The notes below the pieces were generated by a model. The model was not told where the DNA came from. It did no database searches and saw only the letters and a program-made list of their open reading frames with translations. This document shows, in pieces, positions 39,486 through 50,310 of a DNA stretch of 64,000 nucleotides. This DNA comes from an uncultured Caldisericota bacterium. GTDB taxonomy: Bacteria; Caldisericota; Caldisericia; B22-G15. Both the position numbers and the translations under genes were made by a program. The stretch is taken from the NCBI GenBank assembly GCA_964640995.1, contig CAZXJJ010000003.1, positions 75,272-139,271 on the forward strand. Reading direction: 5' to 3'. Within the stretch, counting starts at the first letter, position 1, and each line of letters starts with the position of its first letter.

Positions 39486-40660
39486 AATTGAAAATTTTTT
39501 TAATTACATTTTTAATGCTTGCATCCCTTCTTTCTTTTCAAATAAAATCTCTTTTTTCAAATAATAAAGAAATAATAATTTATTACTTTTATATTGAAGG
39601 ATGTCCTGAATGTACAAGAGCTAAACCTTTTCTTGAAACACTTGAGTCAAGATTTACTGATTTAAAAATAACAAAACTAAATATTGCAGAGGTTGAGAAT
39701 CAAGAATTAAGAGCAAAATTAGATGATATTTATAATGTTCCAGATGATAAAAAAGGGGTAGTTCCTGCTATCTTCATAGGAAAAAGTTTTTTTATTAGAG
39801 AGAAAGATATTTTTGAAAACTTAACAAAAAAAATTGAAAATTTTGATTTTTCAGAAAATAGTTTCTTAATTGATGCAATATCAAAAGAAATGTCTGGCAA
39901 AGAAAAAATAAAAGAATATTTTGAGAAGTTTGGAATATTTGTTATTCTATTTGCAGGACTTATTGATGGAGTTAATCCATGCGCATTTGCTGTTTTAATT
40001 TTTTTTATAACATTTCTTTTAACAACAGGTAGAAAAAGAGAGGATATATTAAAAGCTGGCTCTTTTTTTACACTTGGTGTTTTTATAGCTTACTTTGTTT
40101 CAGGAGTTGGAATATTTAGAGTTATACAAAAATATTCAATTGTTGGGATATTTTCAAAAATTCTGTATCTTGTGACAGCAACCATTGTTTTAATATTTGC
40201 AATTCTTTCTTATCTAGATTATTTAAAAATAAAAAGTGGAAAAGGAGAAGAGATAACACTTCAACTTCCTGGATTTTTTAAAAAAACTGCAAGAGATATT
40301 ATAAAAAAGAATTTAAGCACATCATTTATTTCTCTTTCAGCATTCCTTGTTGCATTTCCAATATCGATTATTGAATTTTTATGCACAGGACAAACATATC
40401 TCCCGACTATTGTTTATATTATTGGAGTACCAGAACTAAAAATAAAAGGTATATTTTATTTGATTATTTATAATTTTATGTTTGTTGTACCATTAATTTT
40501 TATATTTCTTGGAGTTTATTTTGGTATTTCTCAAAGAGCGCTTGGAAAATTTATGAGAGAGAATGTTGGAAAAATTAAACTTATTATGTCAATAATCTTC
40601 TTTATTCTCAGTGGTTATTTAATTTATCTTGTTTTAAAATCTTTTGGAATTATCTTTTAA
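39482..40660 (+). CDS. Thioredoxin-like domain fused to a CcdA/DsbD-type transmembrane domain
   Basis: CPEC, VPAIFIG; AGLIDGVNPCAF and EFLCTGQTYLPT transmembrane cysteines. Confidence 0.88.
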   Translation: MKLKIFLITFLMLASLLSFQIKSLFSNNKEIIIYYFYIEGCPECTRAKPFLETLESRFTDLKITKLNIAEVENQELRAKLDDIYNVPDDKKGVVPAIFIGKSFFIREKDIFENLTKKIENFDFSENSFLIDAISKEMSGKEKIKEYFEKFGIFVILFAGLIDGVNPCAFAVLIFFITFLLTTGRKREDILKAGSFFTLGVFIAYFVSGVGIFRVIQKYSIVGIFSKILYLVTATIVLIFAILSYLDYLKIKSGKGEEITLQLPGFFKKTARDIIKKNLSTSFISLSAFLVAFPISIIEFLCTGQTYLPTIVYIIGVPELKIKGIFYLIIYNFMFVVPLIFIFLGVYFGISQRALGKFMRENVGKIKLIMSIIFFILSGYLIYLVLKSFGIIF

Positions 40661-40678
40661 AGTTTTATAATTAATTAG

Positions 40679-42040
40679 ATGAGAAAAAGGGAGATTAAAA
40701 AAAGAGTTTATAAAGAAAGAAGACTTGCCTTTTTATTTATATTAATCTTTATAGTAATTTTTCTTTTCTCATTAAGATTTTTTTCTATAAATCCACAAAA
40801 TGAAAATATAAAAGTTTATTTTTATGATAAAAAATCAAATGAACTTGTTTTTGAAAAAAGAGTAATTCCAAAATATAGAAATTTAACAGAGAAGATTAAA
40901 AGGATTACTGAAGAGGTTATAAAAGGGCCAAAATCAGAAACCTTAGAAAGAGTCGTTGACCCAATTACAAAGATTCTGTCAATAGATATCGATAAAGATA
41001 GAGCGATAATTTCTTTTTCAAAAGGAATAAAAAGAAGAGTTTTAGATGGAATTTCAGGTGAAGCAGCATCACTTTATTCAATTGTCAATACTATAATTGT
41101 TAACACTTCTTTAAGAAGTGTAGATATTTTAATTGAAAATAAAAGGGAAAATTTTTATTGGGATTCAATTTCAATATCATCACCATTGAAATTCTTGTCT
41201 TCAAAACTTCCATCTGGAAGAAAAATTTTACTCTATTTTTATGATAAAAATCTAGAATATCCAATTTTAATTCAATCAGAAATTCAAGAACCAAAAGATA
41301 CACTTGAATGGGCAAAATTAATTTTTGATAAGTTAAAAAGTGGACCACCCGTTATTTATGAGAACTATCTTTCAAAAACAATTCCAGATGTTGCAACTCT
41401 TAAAGAGATAAAAATTGAGGGAGATAAAGTAATTTTGAATTTTAGTCCTGATATACTCTCATATAAAGGGTTTGGTTCATCATCAGAAATTGCATTTATG
41501 TATTCAATAACACTTTCTATGACTGAAATTCCTGGAATTAAGAAAGTACAATTTCTAGTTGATGGTAAAGTTGTTGAAACAATTGGTGGAAATTTTGAAA
41601 CTCTTAAACCAATAACAAGATGGTATTATGATTTAAATCCTCCTCCTGAAAATATGTATGGTTATCCTGTTTATTATATTTTAAAAATATCTGATAAATT
41701 TTTCTTATCACCACAAGTTGTCTTTACAAACAAAAAGGATGAAGCAAAATTAATCTTTGAAAAATTAATCTCTCCATCATCACCACTTTTAACATATATT
41801 CCAAAAGATTCTAAATTAAATTCTTATATGATAAAAAATGAAATTTTATCTTTGGACATAAATCTTGATCCATCAAAAATTGACTCAAAAGAAAAAGAAG
41901 AATTAATGATAAAGCAAATTGTTTTAACATATTTTGATTCAATGAATATAAAAGAGATCAATATATCAATAAATGGTAAAAAAATAAAACTTCCTTTTGG
42001 AACAGATCTTTCTAAAAGTTTTACAAAAGATTCATTATGA
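40679..42040 (+). CDS. Membrane-anchored multi-GerMN domain protein
   Basis: TM anchor; repeated LYF..E.R..LIKGP..AIISFS..SIVNT and FSP..GSSSE..SITLSMTEIPGIKKVQFLVDG patterns; a third weaker repeat at the C-terminus. Confidence 0.8.
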   Translation: MRKREIKKRVYKERRLAFLFILIFIVIFLFSLRFFSINPQNENIKVYFYDKKSNELVFEKRVIPKYRNLTEKIKRITEEVIKGPKSETLERVVDPITKILSIDIDKDRAIISFSKGIKRRVLDGISGEAASLYSIVNTIIVNTSLRSVDILIENKRENFYWDSISISSPLKFLSSKLPSGRKILLYFYDKNLEYPILIQSEIQEPKDTLEWAKLIFDKLKSGPPVIYENYLSKTIPDVATLKEIKIEGDKVILNFSPDILSYKGFGSSSEIAFMYSITLSMTEIPGIKKVQFLVDGKVVETIGGNFETLKPITRWYYDLNPPPENMYGYPVYYILKISDKFFLSPQVVFTNKKDEAKLIFEKLISPSSPLLTYIPKDSKLNSYMIKNEILSLDINLDPSKIDSKEKEELMIKQIVLTYFDSMNIKEINISINGKKIKLPFGTDLSKSFTKDSL

Positions 42041-42399
42041 AAATAAATGGAGTTGTAACATCAGGGTTTAAAGAAGGTTCAAAATATGTAATATTATATA
42101 AAGATAAAATAAAAAAATCAATTGGAATTCAACCTTTTGAAGGAACACTTAACATTAAGGTTGATTTTGATGTTAAAGATATAAAATTTAAACAGAAAAT
42201 AAAAATTGATGGATTTAATGGTTTTGGAGCAATATATTTAATACCATGTAAAGTTAATGAATTTAATGGGTATATTGTTGTTCCTGAAAAAACAAAACAT
42301 AAAAATATAATAGAAATTATTTCTGATGTTTCATTAAGAGATAAAGGTAATTTTAAAGACGGAGATAAAATTTTTATAGAATTTGAAACTTCTGACTAA
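42037..42399 (+). CDS. ribK: Archaeal-type CTP-dependent riboflavin kinase (DUF120 family)
   Basis: GVVTSGFKEG..Y..IG..PFEGTLNI..IEIIS..SLRD..KDGD pattern. Confidence 0.85.
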   Translation: MKINGVVTSGFKEGSKYVILYKDKIKKSIGIQPFEGTLNIKVDFDVKDIKFKQKIKIDGFNGFGAIYLIPCKVNEFNGYIVVPEKTKHKNIIEIISDVSLRDKGNFKDGDKIFIEFETSD

Positions 42400-42401
42400 T
42401 T

Positions 42402-42980
42402 TTAGATAACTTTTTTAACCACAAGTTTTGAAATTAGTTTAAGGCAATCCATTACACCAATTCCCTGAACTGCAACTGCTTCGAAAAATGGAAATGAATT
42501 TATATTAAGTGCTTTGTTTAAATCTTCAACCGCAACAATATTTGGGAGGTCTCTTTTATTATATTGAAAAACAATTGGTGTATCTTCTAAAGAGAGTCCA
42601 TAATCTTTCATATTCTCAATCATATCTTTAAAAGATTCCAAATTTTTTTCAAAAATCTCCTTTTGAGAATCAGCAACAAAAACAATTCCATCTGTTGCCC
42701 TTAAAATTGTTTTTCTTGTTAGTGAATATATTGCCTGACCTGGAACAGTATATAAAGAAAGTTTTATAGTATAACCTTTTATGTTTCCAAGGTCAAGTGG
42801 TAAAAAATCAAAAAAGAGTGTTCTTTCATCTTGAGTTGCGATAGATGTAAATTTGCCTTTTAGGTCCTGAGGCAATCTTTCATAAATAAACCTTAAATTT
42901 GTGGTTTTCCCACTCATTGCAGGACCATAATAAACTATTTTAAAAGTTATCTCTTTGGTGGAATAGTTGATTAGTGCCAT
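42402..42980 (-). CDS. mglA: MglA-family small GTPase
   Basis: KIVYYGPAMSGKTTNL, RTLFFDFLPL, LYTVPGQ, DGIVFVADSQ, NKRD. Confidence 0.95.
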   Translation of the reverse strand: MALINYSTKEITFKIVYYGPAMSGKTTNLRFIYERLPQDLKGKFTSIATQDERTLFFDFLPLDLGNIKGYTIKLSLYTVPGQAIYSLTRKTILRATDGIVFVADSQKEIFEKNLESFKDMIENMKDYGLSLEDTPIVFQYNKRDLPNIVAVEDLNKALNINSFPFFEAVAVQGIGVMDCLKLISKLVVKKVI

Positions 42981-42996
42981 TGATATGAGTTAAGTA

Positions 42997-43482
42997 TCAA
43001 AAGAGGTTTTCGAGCTTATTCTCAATCTCTTCTTCTAGTCCCTCTTTTTCTTCTAATTTCCTTTCTTTTGTTGTTGTTACATTCTTTAAAAATGGAGAAA
43101 TCTCAGAATGTATCTTTTTTGACCAAAATCTAATAGCGCCAACTGGTGCATTATTGTCAAAAACTATTATTAAAAGCACTTGAGGGACTAGAAGTGATAT
43201 ATGTATATTTGTCTCTTCTCCTTGATGGAAAGTAACGGTAAACTCTTTTTCTCCTAAGAGTTTTGCGAGTTCATTTGTTGCTGAGAAAAGTCCTGCAGAT
43301 AGAGCACAAATATTTGAAGCATCTCTTCTTGAAATAGATCCATGTTTTGTTATGAGTTGTCCTGATCTATCTGATAACAAAATTTGTTTTGCCTGTGAAT
43401 CAGCGAGAGTTTGAGCAAGATAATCATCCACTCTTTTTAAATCTTCATCAGATATTACAACTGAACTTAATCCTTCAGCCAT
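42997..43482 (-). CDS. mglB: MglB-like roadblock/LC7 protein (GAP)
   Basis: LLSDRSGQLI, ALSAGLFSATNELAKLLGEKEF..FHQGE..IH; adjacent to mglA. Confidence 0.92.
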   Translation of the reverse strand: MAEGLSSVVISDEDLKRVDDYLAQTLADSQAKQILLSDRSGQLITKHGSISRRDASNICALSAGLFSATNELAKLLGEKEFTVTFHQGEETNIHISLLVPQVLLIIVFDNNAPVGAIRFWSKKIHSEISPFLKNVTTTKERKLEEKEGLEEEIENKLENLF

Positions 43483-43485
43483 TAT

Positions 43486-44016
43486 CTACTCCTTTCTAAA
43501 AGAAATTATACCTTTTTTATTTAATTCTTCAACAATATTGATCATTTTGATTTTTTCTGTTCCCATCTCCTCAATTATATCACAACACTTCTTTTTTCCA
43601 TCTATTAAATTTAAAAATCTCCACTCATCTATATTCAAAGAAAAATTTTCTTTTTCAATTTTTTCATTAAGGATAGGAATATAGTTTAAAATGTCCTCTT
43701 TTGTTTTAAACTCATCTTGAAGGGATATTGCCTCAAGAACAGATTTTGAAGTGTCATCATCAATTGTGGGTGCAGGAAGAATAATATTCTCTACAAATCT
43801 AAACGAACCTTTATTCCAATTTAATATCTCAATAAGGGCTTCTTTTCCAATATTATCAATTGAGTGAGCATGAATGAGCTTTCCATTTTTAAAAAATAGT
43901 TCCCCTTTCTCTCTTGTGGGTAAAACAATCTCAAGTTTCCCCGTTTTACCCATGTTTGAAAGTGTTTGAATTAGTTCTAAAATTCCTAAAACTCCAATAT
44001 CTCCCTTTAGTTCCAT
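43486..44016 (-). CDS. DUF4388 (PATAN-like) domain protein
   Basis: LKGDI..LELIQTL..KTGKL..GELFFKNGKLIHA..LNWNKGSFRF; C-terminal EWRFL..IDG winged-helix-like part. Confidence 0.88.
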   Translation of the reverse strand: MELKGDIGVLGILELIQTLSNMGKTGKLEIVLPTREKGELFFKNGKLIHAHSIDNIGKEALIEILNWNKGSFRFVENIILPAPTIDDDTSKSVLEAISLQDEFKTKEDILNYIPILNEKIEKENFSLNIDEWRFLNLIDGKKKCCDIIEEMGTEKIKMINIVEELNKKGIISFRKE

Positions 44017-44090
44017 AAATTAAGCACCTTTAATTTTTTCGTTTTTATGTTATTATACAATAAATTAAAAAAATTATTATGAGGTGAAAA

Positions 44091-44357
44091 ATGGGAATAC
44101 CGATAGGACCGAGAGTAAGAAGAGTAGGAGTAATGATACTTACCTCATCAAATTATATGATAAAAGGGAAGATCTCTGTCCCTGAAGATATGAGATTTTC
44201 AGATGCTTTAAATAAATTTTTAAAAGAAACAAAGTTTATACCTGTTATTGAACTTGAAATTTTGGATTCAAATCAAAAAGTAATTGGAAAAGGAGATTTT
44301 TCTCTTGTAAATAAAGAATTAATTGTTGCGATATATCCACTTGAAAAGGGCTTATAA
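44091..44357 (+). CDS. Small conserved hypothetical protein (DUF6812-like)
   Basis: I.GKISV..MRFSDALN..FIPV..LVNKELIV pattern; SD GAGGTG. Confidence 0.6.
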   Translation: MGIPIGPRVRRVGVMILTSSNYMIKGKISVPEDMRFSDALNKFLKETKFIPVIELEILDSNQKVIGKGDFSLVNKELIVAIYPLEKGL

Positions 44358-44413
44358 GTAAAGTATTATTCAATTCTATTTTTTAAAATTTCAAGATATT
44401 ATTAATTAATCAG

Positions 44414-44422
44414 TGTTATAAT
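44414..44422 (+). promoter_or_regulatory. Extended -10 promoter upstream of clpC
   Basis: TG-T-TATAAT at 44414-44422; SD GGAGGTG before the ATG at 44447. Confidence 0.6.
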
Positions 44423-44446
44423 TAATTTGAGAACTGGAGGTGAACA

Positions 44447-46921
44447 ATGGAATTTTGGGATTATCTTACAGATAACTCGAGACAGGTTTTCTACCTTGCT
44501 CAGGAGGAAGCCCAGAGATTAAATAATAATTATATAGGAACAGAGCACCTTTTGCTTGGTTTAATTAGACTTGAAAATACAACTGCTGCAAAAGCGCTTT
44601 CTCGTTTCAATCTTGATTACTCAATTTTGGCATCCAAAATAAGAGAAATGGTTTCTGGACTTTCTACTAAAGAAGATTATTATTCTTCAAAAAGAATAAT
44701 TCTTACTCCAAGAGTTAAAAGAATTCTTGAGTTATCTAAAATGATTGCTCAAGAGATTGGAGAATATTATGTAGATACAGAACACATACTTTTAGGAATG
44801 ATAGAAGAAGGGGAGGGAATGGCAATAAAAGTTCTTGAAGAACTTGGAATAGAAATGGATAGATTAAAAGAAGAAATTTATGAACTAATTGAAGAAAGAA
44901 AATATGGAAAGAGAGTTGAAGATAGAAGAGATAGAACAAAAGAAAGAACAAAAACACCAACTTTAGATCAATTTTCAAGAGATCTAACCCTTCTTGCCCA
45001 ACAAAATAAACTTGATCCATTAATTGGAAGAGAAAAGGAGATAAGTAGGGTTATTGAAATTCTTTCTAGAAGAACAAAAAATAACCCAGTGCTCATTGGA
45101 GACCCAGGAGTTGGAAAAACTGCAATTGTTGAAGGACTAGCACAAAAAATTGTTAAATCTGAAGTTCCAGAACCACTTAAGAATAAAAGAGTTATTGCAC
45201 TTGACCTACCTTCTCTTGTTGCTGGAACAAAATATAGAGGAGAATTTGAAGAGAGAATGAAAAGAGTTTTACAAGAAATAAAAAGGAGTCAAGGAGAAGT
45301 TATTTTATTCATAGATGAAATTCACACACTTGTTGGTGCAGGAAGTGCTGAAGGAGCAATTGATGCATCTAATATTTTAAAACCAGAACTTGCAAGAGGA
45401 GAAATTCAATGTATTGGAGCAACTACATTAAAAGATTACAGAAAATATATAGAAAAAGATTCTGCTCTTGAAAGAAGATTTCAGCCAGTTTTTATTGAAG
45501 AACCTACACCTGAACAAACAATAGAAATTTTAAAAGGTCTTAGAAGTAAATATGAAGAGCATCACAAAGTAAAAATTTTGGATGAGACATTAGTTGAAGC
45601 AGTAAAACTTTCAACAAGATACATTACATCAAGATTTTTACCTGATAAGGCAATAGACCTTATAGATGAAGCAAGTGCAAAAGTTAGATTGAGATTGTCA
45701 CTCAAACCACAAGAAATTATTGAACTTGAGAATAAAATAAAAGAAACAAAGGAAAAGAAAATGAAAGCGATAAGTGAACAGAAATTTGAACTCGCGGCAA
45801 AATATAGAGATGAAGAAAGTAAACTCAGATTAAAACTTGAAGAGACAAAAGAAAATATTAGAAAATTGAGAGAAAGTGAGAGACCAGAGGTAAGACCAGA
45901 AGATGTTGCAGAAGTTGTTTCAATGTGGACAGGTATTCCTGTTAAAAGATTAATGGTTGAAGAAAAAGAGAGATTGCTTAACCTTGAAGAAGAACTACAT
46001 AAAAGAATAATTGACCAAAATGAAGCAGTGGAAGCAGTTGCAAAAGCAATAAGAAGAGCAAAAGCAGGACTTAAAGATCCAAATAGACCCATTGGTTCAT
46101 TCTTATTTTTAGGACCAACTGGAGTTGGAAAAACAGAACTTTCAAAAGCACTTGCAGATATTCTTTTTGATAGCGAGGACGCTTTAATTCGACTGGATAT
46201 GTCAGAGTATATGGAAAAATTCAATGTCTCAAGACTTATAGGTTCACCTCCAGGTTATGTTGGATATGAAGAAGGTGGCCAACTAACTGAAGCAGTAAGA
46301 AGAAGACCATATTCAATTGTTTTGTTTGATGAAATAGAAAAGGCACACCCAGATGTTTTCAACATTCTTTTACAAATTCTTGACACTGGAAGATTAACTG
46401 ATAGCCAAGGACATATTGTTGATTTCAGAAATACAATAATAATTCTTACTTCAAATCTTGGAACTTCTTATGATGCATCGAAAAAATTTGGATTTATAAA
46501 AGAGGATGAAATTGATTATAAAGAGATGAAACAAAGAGTTTTGTCAGAACTTAAAAATACATTTAGACCAGAATTATTAAATAGGATTGACGAAATTGTT
46601 ATATTTAATTATCTTTCTAAAGAGGATGTTAAAAAGATACTTGATATTATGATGAAAAGAATAAAAGATGAGTTAAAAGATAGAAGCATCACAATTCAAC
46701 TAACAGAAGATGCAAAAGATTTTATAATAGAAAAAGGATTTGATAGGAATTTCGGTGCAAGAAACTTATGGAGAACAATTCTTAAAGAAGTTGAAAACCC
46801 ACTTTCTGAAAAATTACTTAAAGGCGAATTCGAAGATGGCAATACAATACTCATTGACAAAGACACAGATTCATTAACTTTTAGAAAAATTGAAGAAAAA
46901 GAAAGTATCTCTCAGGGATAA
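44447..46921 (+). CDS. clpC: ATP-dependent Clp protease ATP-binding subunit ClpC
   Basis: Two Clp-N repeats, GDPGVGKT and GPTGVGKT Walker A motifs, short UVR-type middle domain, [11 protein letters not shown]. Confidence 0.96.
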   Translation: MEFWDYLTDNSRQVFYLAQEEAQRLNNNYIGTEHLLLGLIRLENTTAAKALSRFNLDYSILASKIREMVSGLSTKEDYYSSKRIILTPRVKRILELSKMIAQEIGEYYVDTEHILLGMIEEGEGMAIKVLEELGIEMDRLKEEIYELIEERKYGKRVEDRRDRTKERTKTPTLDQFSRDLTLLAQQNKLDPLIGREKEISRVIEILSRRTKNNPVLIGDPGVGKTAIVEGLAQKIVKSEVPEPLKNKRVIALDLPSLVAGTKYRGEFEERMKRVLQEIKRSQGEVILFIDEIHTLVGAGSAEGAIDASNILKPELARGEIQCIGATTLKDYRKYIEKDSALERRFQPVFIEEPTPEQTIEILKGLRSKYEEHHKVKILDETLVEAVKLSTRYITSRFLPDKAIDLIDEASAKVRLRLSLKPQEIIELENKIKETKEKKMKAISEQKFELAAKYRDEESKLRLKLEETKENIRKLRESERPEVRPEDVAEVVSMWTGIPVKRLMVEEKERLLNLEEELHKRIIDQNEAVEAVAKAIRRAKAGLKDPNRPIGSFLFLGPTGVGKTELSKALADILFDSEDALIRLDMSEYMEKFNVSRLIGSPPGYVGYEEGGQLTEAVRRRPYSIVLFDEIEKAHPDVFNILLQILDTGRLTDSQGHIVDFRNTIIILTSNLGTSYDASKKFGFIKEDEIDYKEMKQRVLSELKNTFRPELLNRIDEIVIFNYLSKEDVKKILDIMMKRIKDELKDRSITIQLTEDAKDFIIEKGFDRNFGARNLWRTILKEVENPLSEKLLKGEFEDGNTILIDKDTDSLTFRKIEEKESISQG

Positions 46922-47858
46922 TTATTTAAAAACAATAAATGAAGTAATAAAAGGGGAGTTATTCCCCTTTTATATTTTATTAGGAGACAATTTTTACCTA
47001 AAAAATCAACTTATTGAAAAAATAAAAGGAGCTCTTAAAGTTGACAAAGTTAATATTATTGATGGAGAAATTGATAAAAAAACAATACTTGATATAATTG
47101 AATCTCCTTCTTTTTTCTTCACTTCCCTTCTATTTTATATCAAATATGCTGATAAAATTGAAAATTTTAAGTGGGAAGAATTTAATTCAAGGAAAAATAG
47201 AATTATAATTTTTGAATCAAAAGAAGATAAAATTCCAGCACCTCCTATTTATCTTGAAGAAAAAGTAAAAGTTGTTTTTGATGAGCCACTTGATGAAAAT
47301 ATTTTAAAAAAATGGGTTATAAAAAAGTTTGATGAAAATAATAAAAAAATTGATGATAGAGTTGCAACTAAACTTATTTTTGAACTCCAGGGAAATTTAG
47401 ATTTGCTTTATAGTGAAATTGAAAAACTCTCCCTTCTTGATAAAGATTTAATAAGTGAGGAAGATATTGATAATTACACATATAAATTAGTCATTCCAAA
47501 TATTTTTGAAGTTATATCAACTTACCTTAAAGGAAGGAAAAGAAAATTTTTAGGTCTTTTAAATGAACTTCTTCAAAGTGGAGAATCATTTGAAAGAGTT
47601 TTTTATCTTTTACTGAATAGAGTTTTGAATTTAATTGATATAAAAGTTGCTATGATAAAAGGATTGAGTGAGAAAAATTTAAGGGAGAGCCTTAAGCTCT
47701 CCCAATTTCAAATCTCAAGTTTAATCAATGAATCAAAAGAATATTCTTACGAAGAACTTTATGAATTTTTAAAAGATTTACTTGAAATTGAAAAAAGCAT
47801 CAAATTAAGTAAAGGTTATCTAAAAGAAAAACTTGAACTTGATCTTGTGAAAAGGTAA
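46890..47858 (+). CDS. holA: DNA polymerase III delta subunit
   Basis: [35 protein letters not shown]; convergent with rpsT as is common. Confidence 0.85.
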   Translation: MKKKKVSLRDNYLKTINEVIKGELFPFYILLGDNFYLKNQLIEKIKGALKVDKVNIIDGEIDKKTILDIIESPSFFFTSLLFYIKYADKIENFKWEEFNSRKNRIIIFESKEDKIPAPPIYLEEKVKVVFDEPLDENILKKWVIKKFDENNKKIDDRVATKLIFELQGNLDLLYSEIEKLSLLDKDLISEEDIDNYTYKLVIPNIFEVISTYLKGRKRKFLGLLNELLQSGESFERVFYLLLNRVLNLIDIKVAMIKGLSEKNLRESLKLSQFQISSLINESKEYSYEELYEFLKDLLEIEKSIKLSKGYLKEKLELDLVKR

Positions 47859-47861
47859 ATT

Positions 47862-48116
47862 TTAAAATCTTGAAAGTTCTTTCATTAATCTACTTTTTTT
47901 TCTTGCAGCAGTGTTTTTATGTAAAACTCCTTTGCTTACTGCATGATCAATAAAAGAAATAGCAACTCTAGATTTCTCAAGAAATTCCTCTTTTGTTGTT
48001 GCTTTCATTGCTTCTTTTATTAAATTCTTAACTCTTGTTTTATAATATCTATTTCTTGCTTCTCTTTTTAAACTCTTTTTAGCATTCTTTATTCCAGACT
48101 TAATTCTCTTTGCCAT
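47862..48116 (-). CDS. rpsT: 30S ribosomal protein S20
   Basis: IKSGIKNAK..RNRYYKTRVK..IDHAVSKGVLHKNTAARKKSRL. Confidence 0.97.
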   Translation of the reverse strand: MAKRIKSGIKNAKKSLKREARNRYYKTRVKNLIKEAMKATTKEEFLEKSRVAISFIDHAVSKGVLHKNTAARKKSRLMKELSRF

Positions 48117-48174
48117 GTCTCAGTTTACTCCTTTCAAGATAAAATCAACTTATACATTTTATCAAAATATTTAA

Positions 48175-48690
48175 TTATTTCAACTTATTTAGTTTCATTT
48201 CACAAATATCACAAAAAGCCTTATCTTTTTTGTCGACATCTAAAATTGAAAGAGAGAAACTCATCACACATTTTTTATTAATACAATGATTTAAACCAAA
48301 TGTATGACCTAACTCATGTACTGCTTCTTTAACACATCTATCAATAAACTTATCAACATTTTTATCATATAATCTGAATATTGAAATCAAAGAATATTTA
48401 CCAGAAAGTTCAGCACTTCCAAATAAAAAATTATAACCTTCATCAAAAATATCCTCATTTATAACTCCAAGAATTTTATCTCTTTCATCTATTATTTTCT
48501 CTCTTAAATAATCTATCAATTTACTTGCATAATATTGATTTCTTATAAAATTTTTATGTATATCTTTTGGAATTAATTTTTCACCAATATCTACCTCTAA
48601 ATTAAAAATCTTCTCCAAATTTTTTCTTATTTCATCAAGAAGAAAATGAGGTGGGTCTATAATAGGTATAATCTTTATTTTTCCTTTCAT
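48175..48690 (-). CDS. Archaemetzincin-family zinc metalloprotease
   Basis: KEAVHELGHTFGLNHC..CVMSFS..D.K..FC..C; RNQY, FLFG. Confidence 0.92.
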   Translation of the reverse strand: MKGKIKIIPIIDPPHFLLDEIRKNLEKIFNLEVDIGEKLIPKDIHKNFIRNQYYASKLIDYLREKIIDERDKILGVINEDIFDEGYNFLFGSAELSGKYSLISIFRLYDKNVDKFIDRCVKEAVHELGHTFGLNHCINKKCVMSFSLSILDVDKKDKAFCDICEMKLNKLK

Positions 48691-48746
48691 AATAATATTT
48701 TAACAAAAATAATGTGATATAATTCTATGGACAAGGAGGTAATAAG

Positions 48747-50294
48747 ATGGGAAGACTCAAAAAGATTAAAGAAGAAAGGAAAAAACTTAAAAAAGAAGGA
48801 GTTTTAGATAAAAATAAAATAAAAAATATAGTTTTAAAATCTATTGCTTTATTTTTAATAGCAATAATTTTAGTTTTTAGTATAACATTTTTAATTGCAT
48901 ATAAAGATAGAGATATATATGCAAAAATTGGTTCAACAGTAATTAAAAATAGTGAACTGAATTCAAGAATTGAAGCAGTAAAAAATCAATATAAAAGTTA
49001 TGGAATCGACCCAGAAGATGAGCAATATAAATCAATTTTTGAATCAATAATTGAAAGTGTGAAAGATGAACTTATTAATCAAGCAATTTTTGAAGAGTAT
49101 GCAAAAAGAAACAACATTAAACCAACAGACGAAGAGATAAAAGCAAGAGTTGATAAAGAAATTGAAAATATAAAAAGTGGATTTAAATCTGAAGAAGAGT
49201 ATCAAAATGCAGTTAAACAATCAAGATTTAAAACAGAAGAGGCATTAAGAGAAGAACTTAAAAAATATGTTATACCTGATATTCTTGAAGCAAAAGCACT
49301 TCAGGAAGTTTACTCTCAAATTAAAATTACTGATGAAGATGCTTTAAAATATTTCAATGAGGTTACTCAAGTAAGAGCGAGACATATTTTAATTAAAGTT
49401 GATGAAAATGCAGATGAAAAAACAGTTGAAGAAAAGAAAAAACTTGCAGAGTCCATAAGACAGAGAATTTTAAATGGAGAAGATTTTGCAAAATTAGCAA
49501 AAGAGTATTCTGAAGATGAGGGAACAAAAGATAAGGGTGGAGATCTTGGTTTCTTTGGAAAAGGACAAATGGTTCAAGAGTTTGAGAATGCTGCATTCTC
49601 TTTAAAACCAGGAGAGATTAGTGAGTTAGTAAAAACAAAATATGGATTTCACATAATTCAAGTTCTTGAGACAAAAACAAAGGGTGAAAGTTATGATCAA
49701 CCTGAAAAAGTCAAAGCAAAACATATCTTAATTAAAGTTGATAAAAATGCTCCTCAAGAGGAGATTCAGAAAAAGAAAAATCTAGCAGATGAAATTTATA
49801 GCAAATTATTAAAAGGAGAAAATTTTGATAAACTCGCTAAAGAGTATTCTGAAGATGAAAATACAAAAGAAACCGGCGGAGATTTAGGAGAAGTTGCAAA
49901 AGGAACAAAAGGAGAGAGTTGGGATAATGTAGTTTTTGCTTTAAGGAAAGGCACATTTTCTAAACCATTTGAAACTGATGAAGGTTATGAGATTGTTTAT
50001 GTCTATGACAAGATTCCATTTAAAAAAGCAAAATTTGAAGATGTAAAAGATGACATAATTAAAACTCTTGAAAATCAGAAAAGAAATGAATTAAAAAATC
50101 AATGGTTAAGTGAAAAGAAAACAGAATTTGGTATAAAATATGGAAGTATGTTGACTGAAGTGACAAATTATATGAAAAAAACTTTTTTAGATCCTCTAAA
50201 AAACATTATTTCAAAATTGAGAAGTTCAATTCAACAAAATACTGGAACAACTTCAACAGAAAATCAATCTAATAATAGTGAAGAAAAACCATAA
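48747..50294 (+). CDS. Membrane-anchored SurA/PrsA-type foldase with two parvulin domains
   Basis: TM anchor, SurA-N-like region, two ARHILI/AKHILI..AKEYSED..GGDLG rotamase domains. Confidence 0.92.
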   Translation: MGRLKKIKEERKKLKKEGVLDKNKIKNIVLKSIALFLIAIILVFSITFLIAYKDRDIYAKIGSTVIKNSELNSRIEAVKNQYKSYGIDPEDEQYKSIFESIIESVKDELINQAIFEEYAKRNNIKPTDEEIKARVDKEIENIKSGFKSEEEYQNAVKQSRFKTEEALREELKKYVIPDILEAKALQEVYSQIKITDEDALKYFNEVTQVRARHILIKVDENADEKTVEEKKKLAESIRQRILNGEDFAKLAKEYSEDEGTKDKGGDLGFFGKGQMVQEFENAAFSLKPGEISELVKTKYGFHIIQVLETKTKGESYDQPEKVKAKHILIKVDKNAPQEEIQKKKNLADEIYSKLLKGENFDKLAKEYSEDENTKETGGDLGEVAKGTKGESWDNVVFALRKGTFSKPFETDEGYEIVYVYDKIPFKKAKFEDVKDDIIKTLENQKRNELKNQWLSEKKTEFGIKYGSMLTEVTNYMKKTFLDPLKNIISKLRSSIQQNTGTTSTENQSNNSEEKP

Positions 50295-50310
50295 AAAATA
50301 GATTATTAGA

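Noticed and set aside
48727-48807. Small ORF (MDKEVIRW..) overlapping the start of the first foldase gene
   Set aside because: It begins only 3 nt after the -10 box and has no SD, while the main ATG at 48747 has a strong AAGGAGGT.
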